The notes under the pieces are model-generated. The model saw only the letters and a program-made list of their open reading frames with translations, did no database searches and was not told the origin of the DNA. Positions 35,403-48,936 of a stretch of DNA of 63,240 nt are shown here, one piece after another (position 1 is the stretch's first letter; each line of letters starts with the position of its first letter). The translations under genes and the position numbers were made by a program. The DNA is from Guillardia theta CCMP2712 (taxonomy: Eukaryota; Protista; Cryptophyta): positions 1 through 63,240 of the forward strand of contig NW_005434525.1 of the NCBI RefSeq assembly GCF_000315625.1. Direction: 5' to 3'.

Positions 35403-36698
35403 TCAGGAGCAGGAGCGGTGTTCAGCGACTGGGAAGTGGAAAGGGAAGATTTGCAGGATTCCATCTGAAAATTGCGAAGAGGGGAGAGGAGCAGATGAGG
35501 TGAAGGCGAAGTTGGAGATCACGACTGCAAGAGAGCAGGAGAGAGCAGGAGAGTCGGAAGCTTGTGGGTAGGCAAGGTTCGGAGCTGCTTGAGGGGGGAG
35601 GACGATATAGGAGAGGGAGGGAGGGAGAGGGAAGGATGGGGGGCCGTTGAAGGAGCAAAACAAGATGCGCAGTCGTAAAGCTGCCTGCAGGATCTTCCGA
35701 AAAGGTGTCTTTTGGGTTTTTTGCGGTCATTTGAGCCTTCTTTACTGCACCTTCTTACTTGGCTCCCTTACTTTTTCTTCTAAAAATACCCTCCTCCTGT
35801 AAAGGTCCTCCCTTATGACTCGCGGAGTCGGAGCTCTTCCGTAGTTTTGACCTCTACCAGTCGCATCACTTTCTATTAGTCAACTCGAGGGCAGTACTAA
35901 ATCACCCCTGTGATACACGCCGTTGACTTTAAATTGGTACCGGAGATTCTGCTGTACTCTGTGACACGCACTGTTAACTTGTACTCTGTGACACACACTG
36001 TTAACTTTAGCACCTCCCGGGAGTCCTCCGCCCTGAGTCTCCGAGCGGATCCGGAGGCCTCCGGCCCGGGCTGATGTCATCGGATACTCCGACAACGACT
36101 CGATTCTCAGTACCTCGGCGCCGCCCGGTCCCTCCGGCGGTCGGCCCGGGCGGCCCGCCACCGTCCGGGGCCGTACGGCCCGTACGGTAGCGTAGTATGT
36201 CAGAGACGGACAGCGGGTCGGAGTCAGCCAAGTTCCCTTCATCAGGCCAGGCTGCTTCCGTAGTCGGAACCATGGCAGTACATGCAATGAAAGTTGAAAA
36301 GTTGAAAATATTAAATGTTGCCATCTTGATTTCTTTTCGAATTTTACTTCCATGACTGAATGAATGAGCACAAGACTGCAGGTGGAGGGCAGCCGGTCAA
36401 TGAACAAGAGACGACGGTTGTGGTAGAGGTGCTGTGAATTAGACAGAGAGCATTCACAAGAGACGAAGTCAAGGCGAAAGTCATTTCAAAGTTTTCACCT
36501 GGACAACCTCTTCGCAGTGTGTTTAAAGATTTGCACTTTCCAGGACAGTCTTGTGGACATTTACTCAGGTTCATCAGCTTCGGACCTGGAACGGATACTC
36601 GTGCTTGCTAGTTGGAATGAATCAGAACATGAAACAAGTGCCTTCCAACTCCACTGCGCTACGATGACGATCCGATTTGACAGGCTCTATCACTTTGC

Positions 36699-37310
36699 TC
36701 AGTCTCCCAGGTCATCGTCCTCATGCATTCCTGCCTTCATGTACTCCATTATCCATCCCGGTTCAAGGCAGGCCCAGCCCTCGTCTACCGCCTGCTCAAC
36801 GTCCCACTGCTCCATCTTACCTCTGCTCCCCTCTGACTGTCCCAGTCCCTCCCTCACAAGACCCCTGTTGTTCTCTGTGCCATGTGCTCTAGAGCTCGGT
36901 GCTGAGCTTGTCAGGTCCGGAAGGCCCTCAGTCAATCCAGCTGGAGCTCTCCGGTACAGCCCTTGCTCCCTGGCTCTGTGCGAAGGCCATCGCGAAATGC
37001 CGAGCTTCCTGCAGGCAGCCTTTAGGCTGGTGGTTGAGACCCCCTGGGTAAAGACGGGAGTCAGAGTCGTACAGGATGGAGACGTTGCTCGAGCACCAGA
37101 CGGCTTGCGGCATCCTTCATCGAGAGACGGAAGAGAGGCTCGAGGACCGCCGTTGAGATCTTGACCTCAGGGAGAGCAGTCGATGGAACAGAGCTCGGGC
37201 CTCGAGGGCGGGGCGAGATGGTGACATGAGGCATGATGGGTCTGCCTTGCTGGACTATGTAGTTAACGGCTGTGTCGGATTTTGGTGCCGTGATATGATT
37301 TCTACCTGAG
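36699..37310 (-). CDS. RWP-RK domain transcription factor; 5' end uncertain, in-frame ATG at 37234
   Basis: Removing a 53-nt GT-AG intron (37096-37044) gives ISTAVLEPLFRLSMKDAASRL|GVSTTSLKAACRKLGISRWPSHR, open to the stop at 36699. The ORF track splits it and misses the domain. Confidence 0.88.
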
Positions 37311-38301
37311 GTCAAACGTAAGGGTCAGCGTTCTGCCTTGCGCGCTCTCTCAGGGAGCAAGGAGAGGGAGGAGGAGGAGGGGAGGGGGAGGAAGGTAATA
37401 GAGAAAGGTGTTAAGTGATTGAGAAAGCGAGGGAGAAGCAGGGAGCGAGGCAAGGAGAGGGAGGAGAGGGAGGAAGGAAGAAGGGACGGAGAAAGGGGAG
37501 GGAGAGGAGGGAGAGGGAGGGAGAGGAGGAGGGAGAGGAAGGGAGAGGAAGGGGGAGGAAGGGAGAGGAGAAGGGGGGGTTCGGACAGTGAGGAGTCATG
37601 GGGCGGTATTTTGATACTAGGGGTAGTTTGAACTGATTCGGAGGGGTAGGGGTGGTACCGAAGTTTTAGCCGGTCAACTTTACCAAGTTAGTGGCCCTTT
37701 TTGGCAAGACATGAGAAAAAAGAAAGTCACGTGATCAGGCTTAAGGCTGGCACGTGACTGCATCCCCCCGGCCCTGGGCCACTGAGACTCGGAGGCCCGC
37801 CCCGGGCCCGGCGGGCCTGCACTGAATGACGTCATCTCAAGTTGGAGCTTCTTCAGTCAGTGATGTTCAACGAGCGACACGAGCCAATGATGACGAGTCA
37901 GTACACGCTCATGGGGCCGATGCGTGCATGCTGGCACTGCGACACGAGTCTATTCTCAGAGTCTGGTAGGATGAGAGTTGACGTGAGTCATGTTGTCAGT
38001 CAGATGGAGAGGCCAAGGTACACGACAAGGTCGGACGAGCCCCTCATCATCCGTGCTCACGCCACGTGAACGCGGTGTCAGGAGCGCCCTGTCTAGGGGC
38101 GGGTCGTCGGCTTTTACCGAGCAAGTCTGGACAGTCCCATGATGTGACACCATCGTACTTCTATTTGACTTGACATCTAACTGATCACTCCGCTGTCAAA
38201 CCAGTCGAAGAGTCTGCTGCAGGGATGATCGAGAGCCGCGTCTAGTACATCAAGGAGCAGGAGCTGGAGCTGGAGCTGGAGCTGGAGCTAGAGCTGGAAG
38301 G

Positions 38302-38341
<40 letters not shown>

Positions 38342-38936
38342 AAGCTGGAGCTGGAGCTGGAGCTGGAGCTGGAGCTGGAGCTGGAGCTGGAGCTGGAGCT
38401 GGAGCTGGAGCTGGAGCCCTATGGAGAGAACAGCAGAGAAGAAGAGAGAAGAGAAGAGAAGCTAAAAGAGATGAAATTGAGAAGCAAGACTATGGATGAA
38501 GGACAGATCAGATCAGATCAGATCAGACCAGACCAGACCAGATCAGATCAGATAAGAAATTAATCAAAGGTAAATGATCTGAAGTCAAAAACAGGACAAG
38601 GAAAGAAAAGACAAGTGAAGAGGAGAGAAGTGAAAATATGAGAAGTGAAAATATGAGAAGGTAAGCATGTTCACTTCCTCCCTTATCAAATTCCCAAGTT
38701 TCTGCACTTTCACCATTCCGGGCACAAGCATACAGAGCAAGAACAGTATTGAGGCAAATCAAACTTGAGATTTCTTGTAACGTCAAGTGAACGAGGTGTT
38801 GAGGTAGATTGGATGTTCATTGCAACGTGAAATAAGCTGATCCCTCATAGGTCTACTGGCGCGGTGATTGGTACATCTACTCGAGCGGCTGACTGCTTCA
38901 CAACCTGGTAAGCATGCTGGAAAAAAAGGATTTTTC

Positions 38937-41900
38937 TCACCTTGCGCCTGCCTCCCGTTCCTCCTGGATCTCGTGCACGTCTTTGTTTACAAAAAACAAC
39001 TTCTCCGCTTCAGCCGGAGCAGAGCTGGACGGGTCGAGGGTGCAAAGAGAGGAGGACATGCAGATTCCCGTCATGCTTGCCGGGGAGGTGGGAGTGAGGG
39101 GAGTTTGAGAGGACAACTTGCGTCTCGAGAGCTTCCTCTGAGATGTCGGGCCGTCAACTTCTGCGATCTTCGACGGGTAGAGCATGTAGTTCTGAGCTCC
39201 CTGGTTGATCCTTCCTGCTCCTCTCCTCGCCTCCTGTGCGAAAGCCGTCAGCAGGAAGCGCGAGCGAGCGAGAAACACGCGAAGAGACCATCTGCGAGAG
39301 ACATCGGCGCAAGCCCGTCTTTGTGACGAAGAAGCGCCAAGAGCGGTCGATGACATCCTCCTGCGCTATCCAGAGGATAACCGGAAGGAACAAGACGGAG
39401 ATGTTGGAGGCGATGATGATGATGGTCAAGGTCGTCTGCTCCGTCTCGCCCGTCACCACCTCTTCCAACCTGTACTGCAAGCTGTCGAGCAAGACACGTG
39501 TCAAGGTGAAAACTATGACTCGTCACAGGTACCTCTGCAAGTCAAGCATCAGCCCATCTGTCATGACACGTCAGACCGTCATCGCGACAACGAGGGAGCT
39601 CACAGAAAAGCGTCAGCGTCTGCGTGAAGAGCGCGAGCTGATACAAGGTGTTGAGCCGCCTGTTGACGAAGGGACGAAAGTAGATGGCGAGGAGGAGAGA
39701 AGTGAAGGCCACAGCGCAGCCAGCTGCGGTCTGCTGAGGCGAGTCGGGGAAGATGAAGTTGACGATGCCCATCATCAAGAACCTGCCGCATGACAAGGTG
39801 AGAAAGAAGGACCGCAGGCGACGGGCAGCGACTCTCACTTTCGCAGCATGTCGACGATCTCAAAGAACCAGAAGTCCACCTTGACACGTTTATCTTACGA
39901 CAGCAGCAGCACAAGCTCACCTTATACGCCTGGAAGATGAAGCCAGCTTGATGCACCGCTATCTTCTCGATGTTGATCAGATCGTCCTCGTCCTCGAACG
40001 CTTCTTCTTCTGACGACGTCACTTGCATCGCCTTGATCTTCACTCGGCTCCTTCGCTCCAGCAGCTCGTCTTGGGTCATCCACCGGCATGGCGGGACCGC
40101 GATCTTTCCCTGGTGCTGCAGCTGTCGTCCGAGGAGAAGCACGGCCTCCTTGAGGCGGATCTCCTGCAGGCGGATGACTAGCTCTTCCAGCGCCATGGGG
40201 AATCGCGACAGCGCCTTCCTCTGCTCGAAGTAGCTGCGAGCTGCTTGTAGCAGCACCTCGTGCCGCTTCTCCTCCCGTGCCCTGACGATGCTCGACCATC
40301 GTCCCTCCTGGTCGATCCAGGCAAAGAGCCGAGCCGGGCCGGCAGGATAGGCTCTGTTCCACCCAGGGAGGAGGAGCCAGTCGAAGACGCGTCTGGTGTG
40401 GTTGGAGAAGCCTCGCTTCATGAAGTAGCGCAGCCAGCTCTGCCGCGTGAAGCCTTCCTGCAGCTCTCCTGTGTCTATGATGCCCTCCCCGTCTTCGCTG
40501 GACTGGAAGATTTGACTTCCTTCTCCTCCCCGACCAAGCACCTTCACCTGCACCTGCTCAGGGTCGATGTGTTCTTCTTCCTCTGACAGCATGTCGTCCT
40601 GCTCCTCCTTCCCGCCTTCCTGTCTCTCCTTGTCGAGCTTCTCGCAGATGCTCCTCACCCAGATCGCCTCCTGGATGCGCAGGTAGCGAGCGACCAGGTC
40701 GAGGTCTTTCTCCGCGATCGTCACGTTTTGCTTGCCCTCCTGCACGAGCTTCTTCAGGTCCCGCGAGAACAACCGCTTAATGAAGCTCGAGGACTCGCGC
40801 TGGAGATTCTGCTGGGAGGCCGGGAGGAAGCAGCAGTACTGCTCCATCTCATCGTCATCCTCAAACCCTAGATCTTTGCGGGCGGTCGCGTGAGCAAGCG
40901 AGTGATCGTCGACCTGCTTCTTCCACCTGCCCACCACCTCCTGACCCTGGAGGAGAAAGTCTCGCGCCTCGTCGAAGAGCAGGTTGTTGATGAACAAGAT
41001 ACACTTGTGTAAGTCTTCCCCCTCGTGCCCGGGAGGCAGCGAGTCGCTGAACAGATGAGCAGGGCAATTGTTGATCCACCGCATCGCGCTCTTGCACCAG
41101 GTGATTCTGTTCTCCAGCAGCTGCTGCATGCTCGTCATGCTGATCTCCTGCGACCGCAACTTCCCCAGCTGCTCTTCCACCTCCACCTTCCACCTCCTCA
41201 AACTCGAGAGCGTTCTTCTCTTCACTGTCTCCTGCGACTGATCCAAGTTTTCCATCTCGTTCCCACCCTTCTCCTGCTTTGACGGGCGAAGCCATTTCTG
41301 CCGCAAGGCAGTCAAGACATGCAGAAGATTGAAAGCATGCGATACCAGTCGGAGGAACTGATGATCGTCGGTCTCCGTGATGGTGTCGTGCCACCATCTG
41401 TTCCACCCGATCACACAGAAGAAGGCAGGAGGAGGAGGAGGAGGAGGAGGAGAGGAGCAGAGAGAGAGAAAACGGGAGGAACAGGAGCAGGAGGAAGGCA
41501 GGAAATGGAGGGAGTGGGGAGGAGAAAGAGCGAGAAAGAGCGAGAGAGAGAAAGCGAGAGTGAGAGAGAGAGAGAAAGCGAGAGAGAGAGAGAGAGAGGG
41601 AGAGAGTTGAAAGAAGGGAGGGATGGAAGAAAGAGCTTCACATACTCGAACTGCAAGACGGACTCGAGCTCGGAGGGCGTGAGGTTGTCGGAGATGAGGA
41701 GGCGGTTGCGGTGGCTGCTGTGCTCGTGGAGGAGGTGGGCGATCTTCCGGACCACCGGCTGCCTCTCCTTGTCTCGCTCAGCTCGGGTCTTGTACTCCTT
41801 GAGCACCTCGATGAAGAGCAGGTTCTCCTTCTTCACCCGAGCCAGCCTCGGGACCTCATGCCGCCAGAGCATCCAGAGGAAGAAGACTGGTATCCCCACG

Positions 41901-44900
41901 GGGTAGGCCAGGAAGATGACCACCACCTTCCAGAAGATGGGCTTCGAGGCGTCGGAGACGGGGCAGGCCTCGGAGAAGTCGATGAGGAGGTACTTGTTGG
42001 ACCCGACGGTCTTGCAGATGAAGCCCGAGGAAGCGAAGATGGCGAGGAGAGGATAGATCAAGAAGCACCTGAGCACACAGACGTCAGGAGAAGCAGAGCA
42101 CAAGGTGATGAGCTACCAGAAGAGAAACCAAAACCAGACTCTCTCCTGCACATGCGCGTTGTACTCGTTGACCTGTGCGACTTGCTCCATGACTTGCTCC
42201 GGCTTCATGTCCTCACCCTTGGCAAGCAGATCTACACGATTCTTGGTGTCTTCCTCGTCCTCCTGGTCGGACCAGGGGCAGAGTCTCCCTAGGTTGAAGC
42301 GGAAGATGCACCAGGGGCGGAGGGAGTCTCTGAGCACGTTGGCGGGGCTTGTCTTCCTGAGGAACGGCAGGGGAAGGAGCATGAACACCCCGACCACCAC
42401 AGGCCCGATGCCGTAGAGGTCGAGTCTCTGGCTGAACGTCATCCCCGACAGCAGACAGTGCATGCCTGTGAAGGCGAACAAGTCGAACCTGCTCAGTCTC
42501 GTCAGCTCCCCCTGCTGCCATCGCCTCCTCCTCCCAGCTCTCTTCCAGGCCTTCACCACCCCCACCCCCTCCGTCACTCACTTGAAAGCCGCTGCGATCT
42601 TGAAGAGGTTCTGAACTTCTAGAGGCCAAGGGACGTTGTAGGAGTTTGTGAAGGAGGAAGTGACCTGAAGAAAGCTGATCACCAGCCTCAGGTACTCCCA
42701 GGCTCTCTTGAGGTAGTAGACGATCCTCGTCCACGTCGTCACGTCGTTAGTCGCTCGCTTCTCCGGCTTCGACAAGCCGAGCAGCGGGCGGAGGATCAAC
42801 ACGTACCACAGGACGAGCATCACGAGCACGAACAGAGCTTGTCCTCCGGTCTTGAAGCTCTCAACCTTGCCGTTGCAGGGCTTGCACTCAGCTCCTGCCA
42901 TGACAGTGAGACTTGGAGAGAGAAGAAGCCTCAGTCGTCCAGCACTCACCGTAAGCCGTCCCTGCCATGAAGTAACCTTCATCGCAGAGAGCACAGAGCA
43001 CTCCTTTGCGACCAACGGTACAGTTGTTCCCTTGCTCGCATGCGTCAGGTGGGCAGCGGTAGATGGGAATCTTGAGGCTGCTCGAGTCGTTCTTGGCCTC
43101 CGCTCGCCTACTCGAGGACGAGTCGATCAGCGTCCAGTATCCTTGCTTCGCGATGTACTGGCTGCCTCCCGGGCAGTCGACCTTATCCAGTTCACACGGA
43201 ATACACTTCAAGAGGACAGCAGACGGCGAACTGACGCTCTGGATCTGTTCCTTGTAGCTCGCAGGGACCGGGCTGTAGTAGGAGGTAGGACACTCGCTGC
43301 AGTCGTCCAGCTGAGGGTTCATCTGGTTGCGGATCAAGATGTATCCAGCTGGGCACGACTGAATGCGGAGGATGCCTTCTTCCCAGCCCCACGCCGAGCC
43401 AGCTACCCTAGGGTTGAGGGTCGACCCGTCGCAATTCCCGCCGATAGGGCACTCCTTACAGTCTGCAGCAGGCGGGGAGTAGTACTGCGAGCCAGGCTGA
43501 CAGATCTGACAAGTGTTGGTCTCGCAGTTGAGCTTGTATCCCTCCGCACACTGGAACTTGCATGCGTCCTGGCTCCCTCCGTTGGTCGTGAAGACGCTGT
43601 TGTTAGGTTTGTTCATGCACGGCTTGCATTGCGTGTCGACTCGCGATGCTGACGGGCAGTCAGGCTTGTAAGCTCCGATCGGACAGCTTGCGGCCCCCAA
43701 GCACGGGAGGCAAGCCGAGTTCCCTATGCTGTCCTTGTACGTCCCGATGTCGCAAGCCGTGCAGCTTGATCCTGACTTGGTGTATCCTTCCCCGCAGAGA
43801 CACTCCGACGCGCTCATCGCGCCTGCTACAGAAGTCGTACCGACAGGACAAGCAGTGCAAGCCCCTTGCGTGGACTCAGAGTATTTCCCAGCTGGACACG
43901 TCACGCACTCGTTCATCGTCGAGTCTGAGTAGGTCCCAGCTGCACACGCTTGACAGGCCTCGGTGATGCTCGTCGCGCCATACCCGCTGTTGCACACGCA
44001 CCCTGACTGCGAGCTCCCTGCCACGCTGTAGGAGTTGGCCCGACAAGTCAAGCATGCGGTCGCTCCTACTGAAGAGTACTTGCCAGACACGCAGAAGAAA
44101 CAGGGATAGTTGTCTGTGAAGTCTTTGTACTTGCCCGCAGCGCATTGGGAGCAGCCCAATGTCGAAGAGGCGTTGGGTGCATATCCTGCCGCACACTGAC
44201 AGTCGCTCGCTTGCGTGCTTCCTGTCCCGTACGTAGACTTGCCGACAGGACAGGACGTGCAGGCCTGACTGCCTAGGCTGCTCTTGTACTGTCCTACTGA
44301 GCAATCGCTGCAGGGTCCTCCGTTCTGACCTGTGAAGCCTGCGTTGCACAGGCAAGCCTCGATGTTGGAAGATCCTGGCGAGGAGGTGTATGAGTTAGCT
44401 GGACAGGAGTAGCAGGTGCTCGATCCTATCAGAGGTTGGGAGCTATACTTGCCCAGCCCACATGTCTTGCACGTTGTGCTTCCGGACACGTCAGAGTAGT
44501 TCCCAGCCGCACATGCACTGCAAGACTTGCTGTTGATGGTAGCTGTGAAGAAGCCGGGTTCGCAAGTGTAGCAGGAGCCTGAGCTTATTCCCCCGCAGCC
44601 GTACCTCACCTGACCAGCTGGACATTGAACGCAGGAGAAACATTCCACCGGGCAGTCTAAATTTCCGTACTTTCCTTCCTCACAGGTATATGAGCAATCG
44701 CTGGGAACACAAACAGCATCGGAAAACTCGGAACAGTTCCTAACGAGTTTCTTGCCATCACATGACGTGCAGGTCAGACAGTTGGAGGTGGTGCTGGGCT
44801 GGTAATACTGGTTGGAACTACACACATCAACACAAGCTGCATCTGCGGTACACTGCTGAGCTCCCCGACCATACTCACAGATCCTACAGTCTGTACAAAC

Positions 44901-47900
44901 TTTCGAGCCCTTGGAGCTGTACTTCCCTAGAGCACATTTATTGCAGACCAGCCCTGACGACGACCGGATCTCATAGTAGTTTGAGGTGCACAAGCAGCTG
45001 TCAAGCGATACTGATCCCGTCTGGTCAGTCAGTGAGTTTGAAGGACAGGCCTGGCAAGCACATGATGAGGAGGAACAATGTTGGTTGTACGTGCCTACAG
45101 GGCACAACGAGCATCCTCCTCCTGCACCAGTCGTGCCATACCCGGCTTGACACACACAGGAAGCAACGGAAACGCTCGCTAATGCAGAAGTTTTGTTGGC
45201 TTCACACGTAATGCAAGCGCTCGATCCCAGCTCGCTCTTGTATTGGCCAGCAGCACAAGCAGCACACTGACCCGATGACATGTTGAGCGTGTATCCCTTG
45301 TCGCAAACACAGTCTGAAAGTGAGGTGGACGCGATAGAAAGCGAGGTCATGTACGCCGGGCAAGAGCTGCAGGGAGAGGATCCTGATACAGACTTGTAGA
45401 AACCGATCGCGCATGCAGTACACCCGGAGCTCTGCAGCTCATACCCTCGATTGCATGTGCAGTTGCTCACCGACCAGCTGCCAGCAGGTGACGAGCTGTA
45501 AGCAGGACAGCCGATGCACGCAGACCTTGTTGAGTCAGAGTATTTCCCAGCTGGACACGTCACGCACTCGTTCATCGTCGAGTCTGAGTAGGTCCCAGCT
45601 GCACACGCTTGACAGGCCTCGGTGATGCTCGTCGCGCCATACCCGCTGTTGCACACGCACCCTGACTGCGAGCTCCCTTCCTCCCTGTAGGAGTTGGCCC
45701 GACAAGTCAAGCATGCAGTCGCTCCTACTAACGAGTACTTGCCAGACACGCAGGAGGTACAGGGATAGTTGTCTGTGAAGTCTTTGTACTTGCCCGCAGC
45801 GCATTGGGAGCAGCCCAATGTCGAAGAGGCGTTGGGTGCATATCCTGCCGCACACAGACAGCTGCTCGCTTGCGTGCTTCCTGTCCCGTACGTAGACTTG
45901 CCGACAGGACAGGACGTGCAGGCCTGACTGCCTAGGCTGCTCTTGTACGTACCAGAGCTACACGCAACACATGTTGTTCCTGATGCTGTATATCCAACAT
46001 TGCAGGTACAGTTGCTCACCGACCAGCTGCCAGCAGGTGACCACGCGTACTCAGGGCAGGTTTGACATTTCCCTGTAGATGCGGCATACGTTCCTGCTGA
46101 GCAACTGACACACTGTGAAGTAGACGGATCCGTTATGGTTCCAGCCGGACACGTCACGCAGTCTTCGTAAATGCTCGTCGCGCCATACCCGCTGTTGCAC
46201 ACGCACCCTGACTGCGAGCTCTCTGCCACGCTGTAGGAGTTGGCCCGACAAGTCAAGCATGCAGTCGCTCCTACTGAAGAGTACTTGCCAGCCACGCAGG
46301 AGATACAGGGATAGTTTGCTGTGAAGTCTTTGTACTTGCCCGCAGCACATACTGTGCAGTCTGACGTCGACGTCGAGTACCCGTACCCGGCTTCACAACC
46401 TGCTAGAAAGATCTTGTACAAGTCTTGAGTCTTAGAGCCTGTCCTGGCATCAGTCTATCCTTTTTGCAACGCCATGCTGCTCTTACCGTCAGAACCCGTG
46501 CCTCCAAAGATGTACACGTATTGATCTATGCTCGTCATGCCATGCCCCCAGCGTGCTGCTGGGCTGCTGCCTGTAGTTGCTGTGATGCTCCATTCTCTGG
46601 TTGACGTGCTCAGCTCGTAGAGGAAGTTCTCCACCAGGTTCCCTGGAAGCCCTAGTCAAAGACGCTCCTGTCAACTTATTGCAAAGAGACTTACCTGAGG
46701 CGGGGTCTGTTCCTCCAAAGAGGTAGATATTAGATCCCAAGGAGACCATGCTGTGCATTCGACGTCCTCGAGGAATCGATCCTGTGGTCGATAGGATGCT
46801 CCACGTCAACGAGCCCGGGTTCAGCAGATACACGTTGGTGTCAGCCGCCATGTCTGTCAAGAAGGTCAAGACAAGGTTCCAACTGCTGCTGCTCTCACTC
46901 GTGTTGAGGCTTTCAGCTCCTCCGTACAAATAGACGTTGCCGTTCACTGCCACCATCCCATGCCAAAAGCGTGCCGAAGGTTTCGACCCGCTCGTGCTCA
47001 GCAGAGTCCAAGCGTAGGTGGTCGTGTCGAAACTGTAGAGGTCGTTTTTCAATAGACCATCACCTGAACAACACATGCCATCACAGCTCTCTCTTGCAAG
47101 CTCCGTCGCTCACTCTTTGAGGAAGTGTATGCATGTCCGCCGTACAGGTAGATCGCGGTCCCAAGCACTGCCATGGCGTGGCCGTATCGCTTTGATGGAT
47201 ATGTTGTTGAGGTGGAGAGAGAGCTATATTGGACGTGACTCCAAGTTCCTCCCACCGTGTCAAAGATGGTCATTTGACCTGGTGAAGTTTTGATCAAAGA
47301 TAGAGCTTCAAACAGCCCCGCCAAAGTCTTGGCGTCCATCAAGTCTTACCGAACAGAATGTTCACGTCGTACCCGTACGATGTCGTTTGTCCACTATATC
47401 CGCCGTGCAGATAAGTCTTTGTTCCCACCGACACCATGGCAGGACCGTCTCTTTCATCCGCCACGAACCAGAATCCCGAAACTGATGGGACTTGCCAGGT
47501 GTTGGTAGAGGGAGTGTATATGTACGGGTTGTAGCTGCTTCCTGCGTTCATCAGGTCATCACTTTTCGATCTGATTGAAATGTCGTCATTTCACCTGCTC
47601 CCGCTCCTGACACCACATAGAGCTTGCTGACAGACGACATCCCAAAGAAAGAGCGACTCGAAGGGACTGTGTCATCCTTCCGGGTCCAAGACATACTGTT
47701 GGTGTCCAGCGTCCATCGCAAGATGTTGCTTAGCGAAGCTACAAGCACAAGCACAAGCACTCAGAGGAATATAAAGGTCATCACGAGACTTACTGCCTGT
47801 GCTGCCACCATGCACAACAAGATGAGTGATCGAGCTTTTGCTTAGTGGGAAGAAAGCGGCTGATTGTCTTGCTTCTGGTTCAGATCCTGTCGTTGCCAGG

Positions 47901-48936
47901 AGAGTCCAAGCATTCTTTGTGGTATCAAACGAGTTCACTTTGTTATTGCTATCTGCATAACAAGTCAATATCAGACATCCAAAACGACTTTGTTCTGCCA
48001 GTCGACTCACTTTCTCCTCCGAAAATGTATATCAAGCTCCCAACACTTGTCATCGAGAAATAATGTCCTCCACCAGTCGGTCGAGTTCCTGTCACAGCGA
48101 GTAGTGTCCAGACACCGTTTGAAGGATTAAAGCTGTAAACGTCGTCATACTTTGCACTACCATCTACATACACGATCAGCTAAGTCATCAAGTTTGCACA
48201 GAGCGATTACAGTAGCCCCCATACATGTATAACAAGCTTCCTATCGCAACCATCTGGGGATTGTAGCACGCAGGCGGCTTATTGCCAGAGACGGTGATAG
48301 TGGACCATTTAGAGATTGAGATGTCGAAAACGTTCATATCATTTGTCGCAGCTGATCATGAGATCCAGTGAGACAGATGATATCATGTAAAAAGATGCGC
48401 ACCATAATCAACTCCGCCAAAGCTGTAGATCTTGTTGCCAATGTAAGCCATTGCAAAGTTGTATTTTGACGTAGGTGAGCCTGTGGCGTCAACAATGGAC
48501 CATGTCGATTTCGAGAGCTCAAACCGATACATGGTTGTTCCTGCATGCAGCTTAGCAACATCCTGCAGAGAAATTTTATTCTCATACCACTTTGAGAGCC
48601 ATACGTGTAGAAGAAAGTGTTGTCCGTAACCATGTTAAATCCCACGAGATCAGAGGGTCTGGTTGATCCCTGAGGTGTGATCTTGGACCAGCTACCTTGA
48701 GGATCGCTGAGCGTGTAGATTGTGCTTCCGTCGAACAAGTATGCGACATTGTTCACAACACAAGTGCCGGGGGCAAACAGGTTCGGAGGAGGGGTGGCGG
48801 TGAGATCTACCCACTGCATGACTGCGTCTGCCATGACTGGCGAAGGAACAGCGGCAAGGAGGAGGAAGAGGAGGGGGGGGAGGACGACTGGTGAACAAAG
48901 AGAAAAAGTCCCTCCCGCACCCGCCATGGCCACCAT
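38937..48936 (-). CDS. Large multi-exon cell-surface protein: signal peptide, Kelch repeats, Cys-rich TNFR/ephrin-receptor-like (GCC2/GCC3-type) repeats, multi-pass membrane region
   Basis: N-terminal hydrophobic LLFLLLAAVP. Kelch units such as PSARFWHGMVAVNGNVYLYGG and RYGHAMAVLGTAIYLYGG (~46490-48700). 1177-aa CxxCxxGxY repeat exon (42888-46421). TM motifs ISFLQV..VPWP, YLLIDFSEAC, YPVGIP, GFIFQAY, PFVNRRLN. 3' end approximate. Confidence 0.88.
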
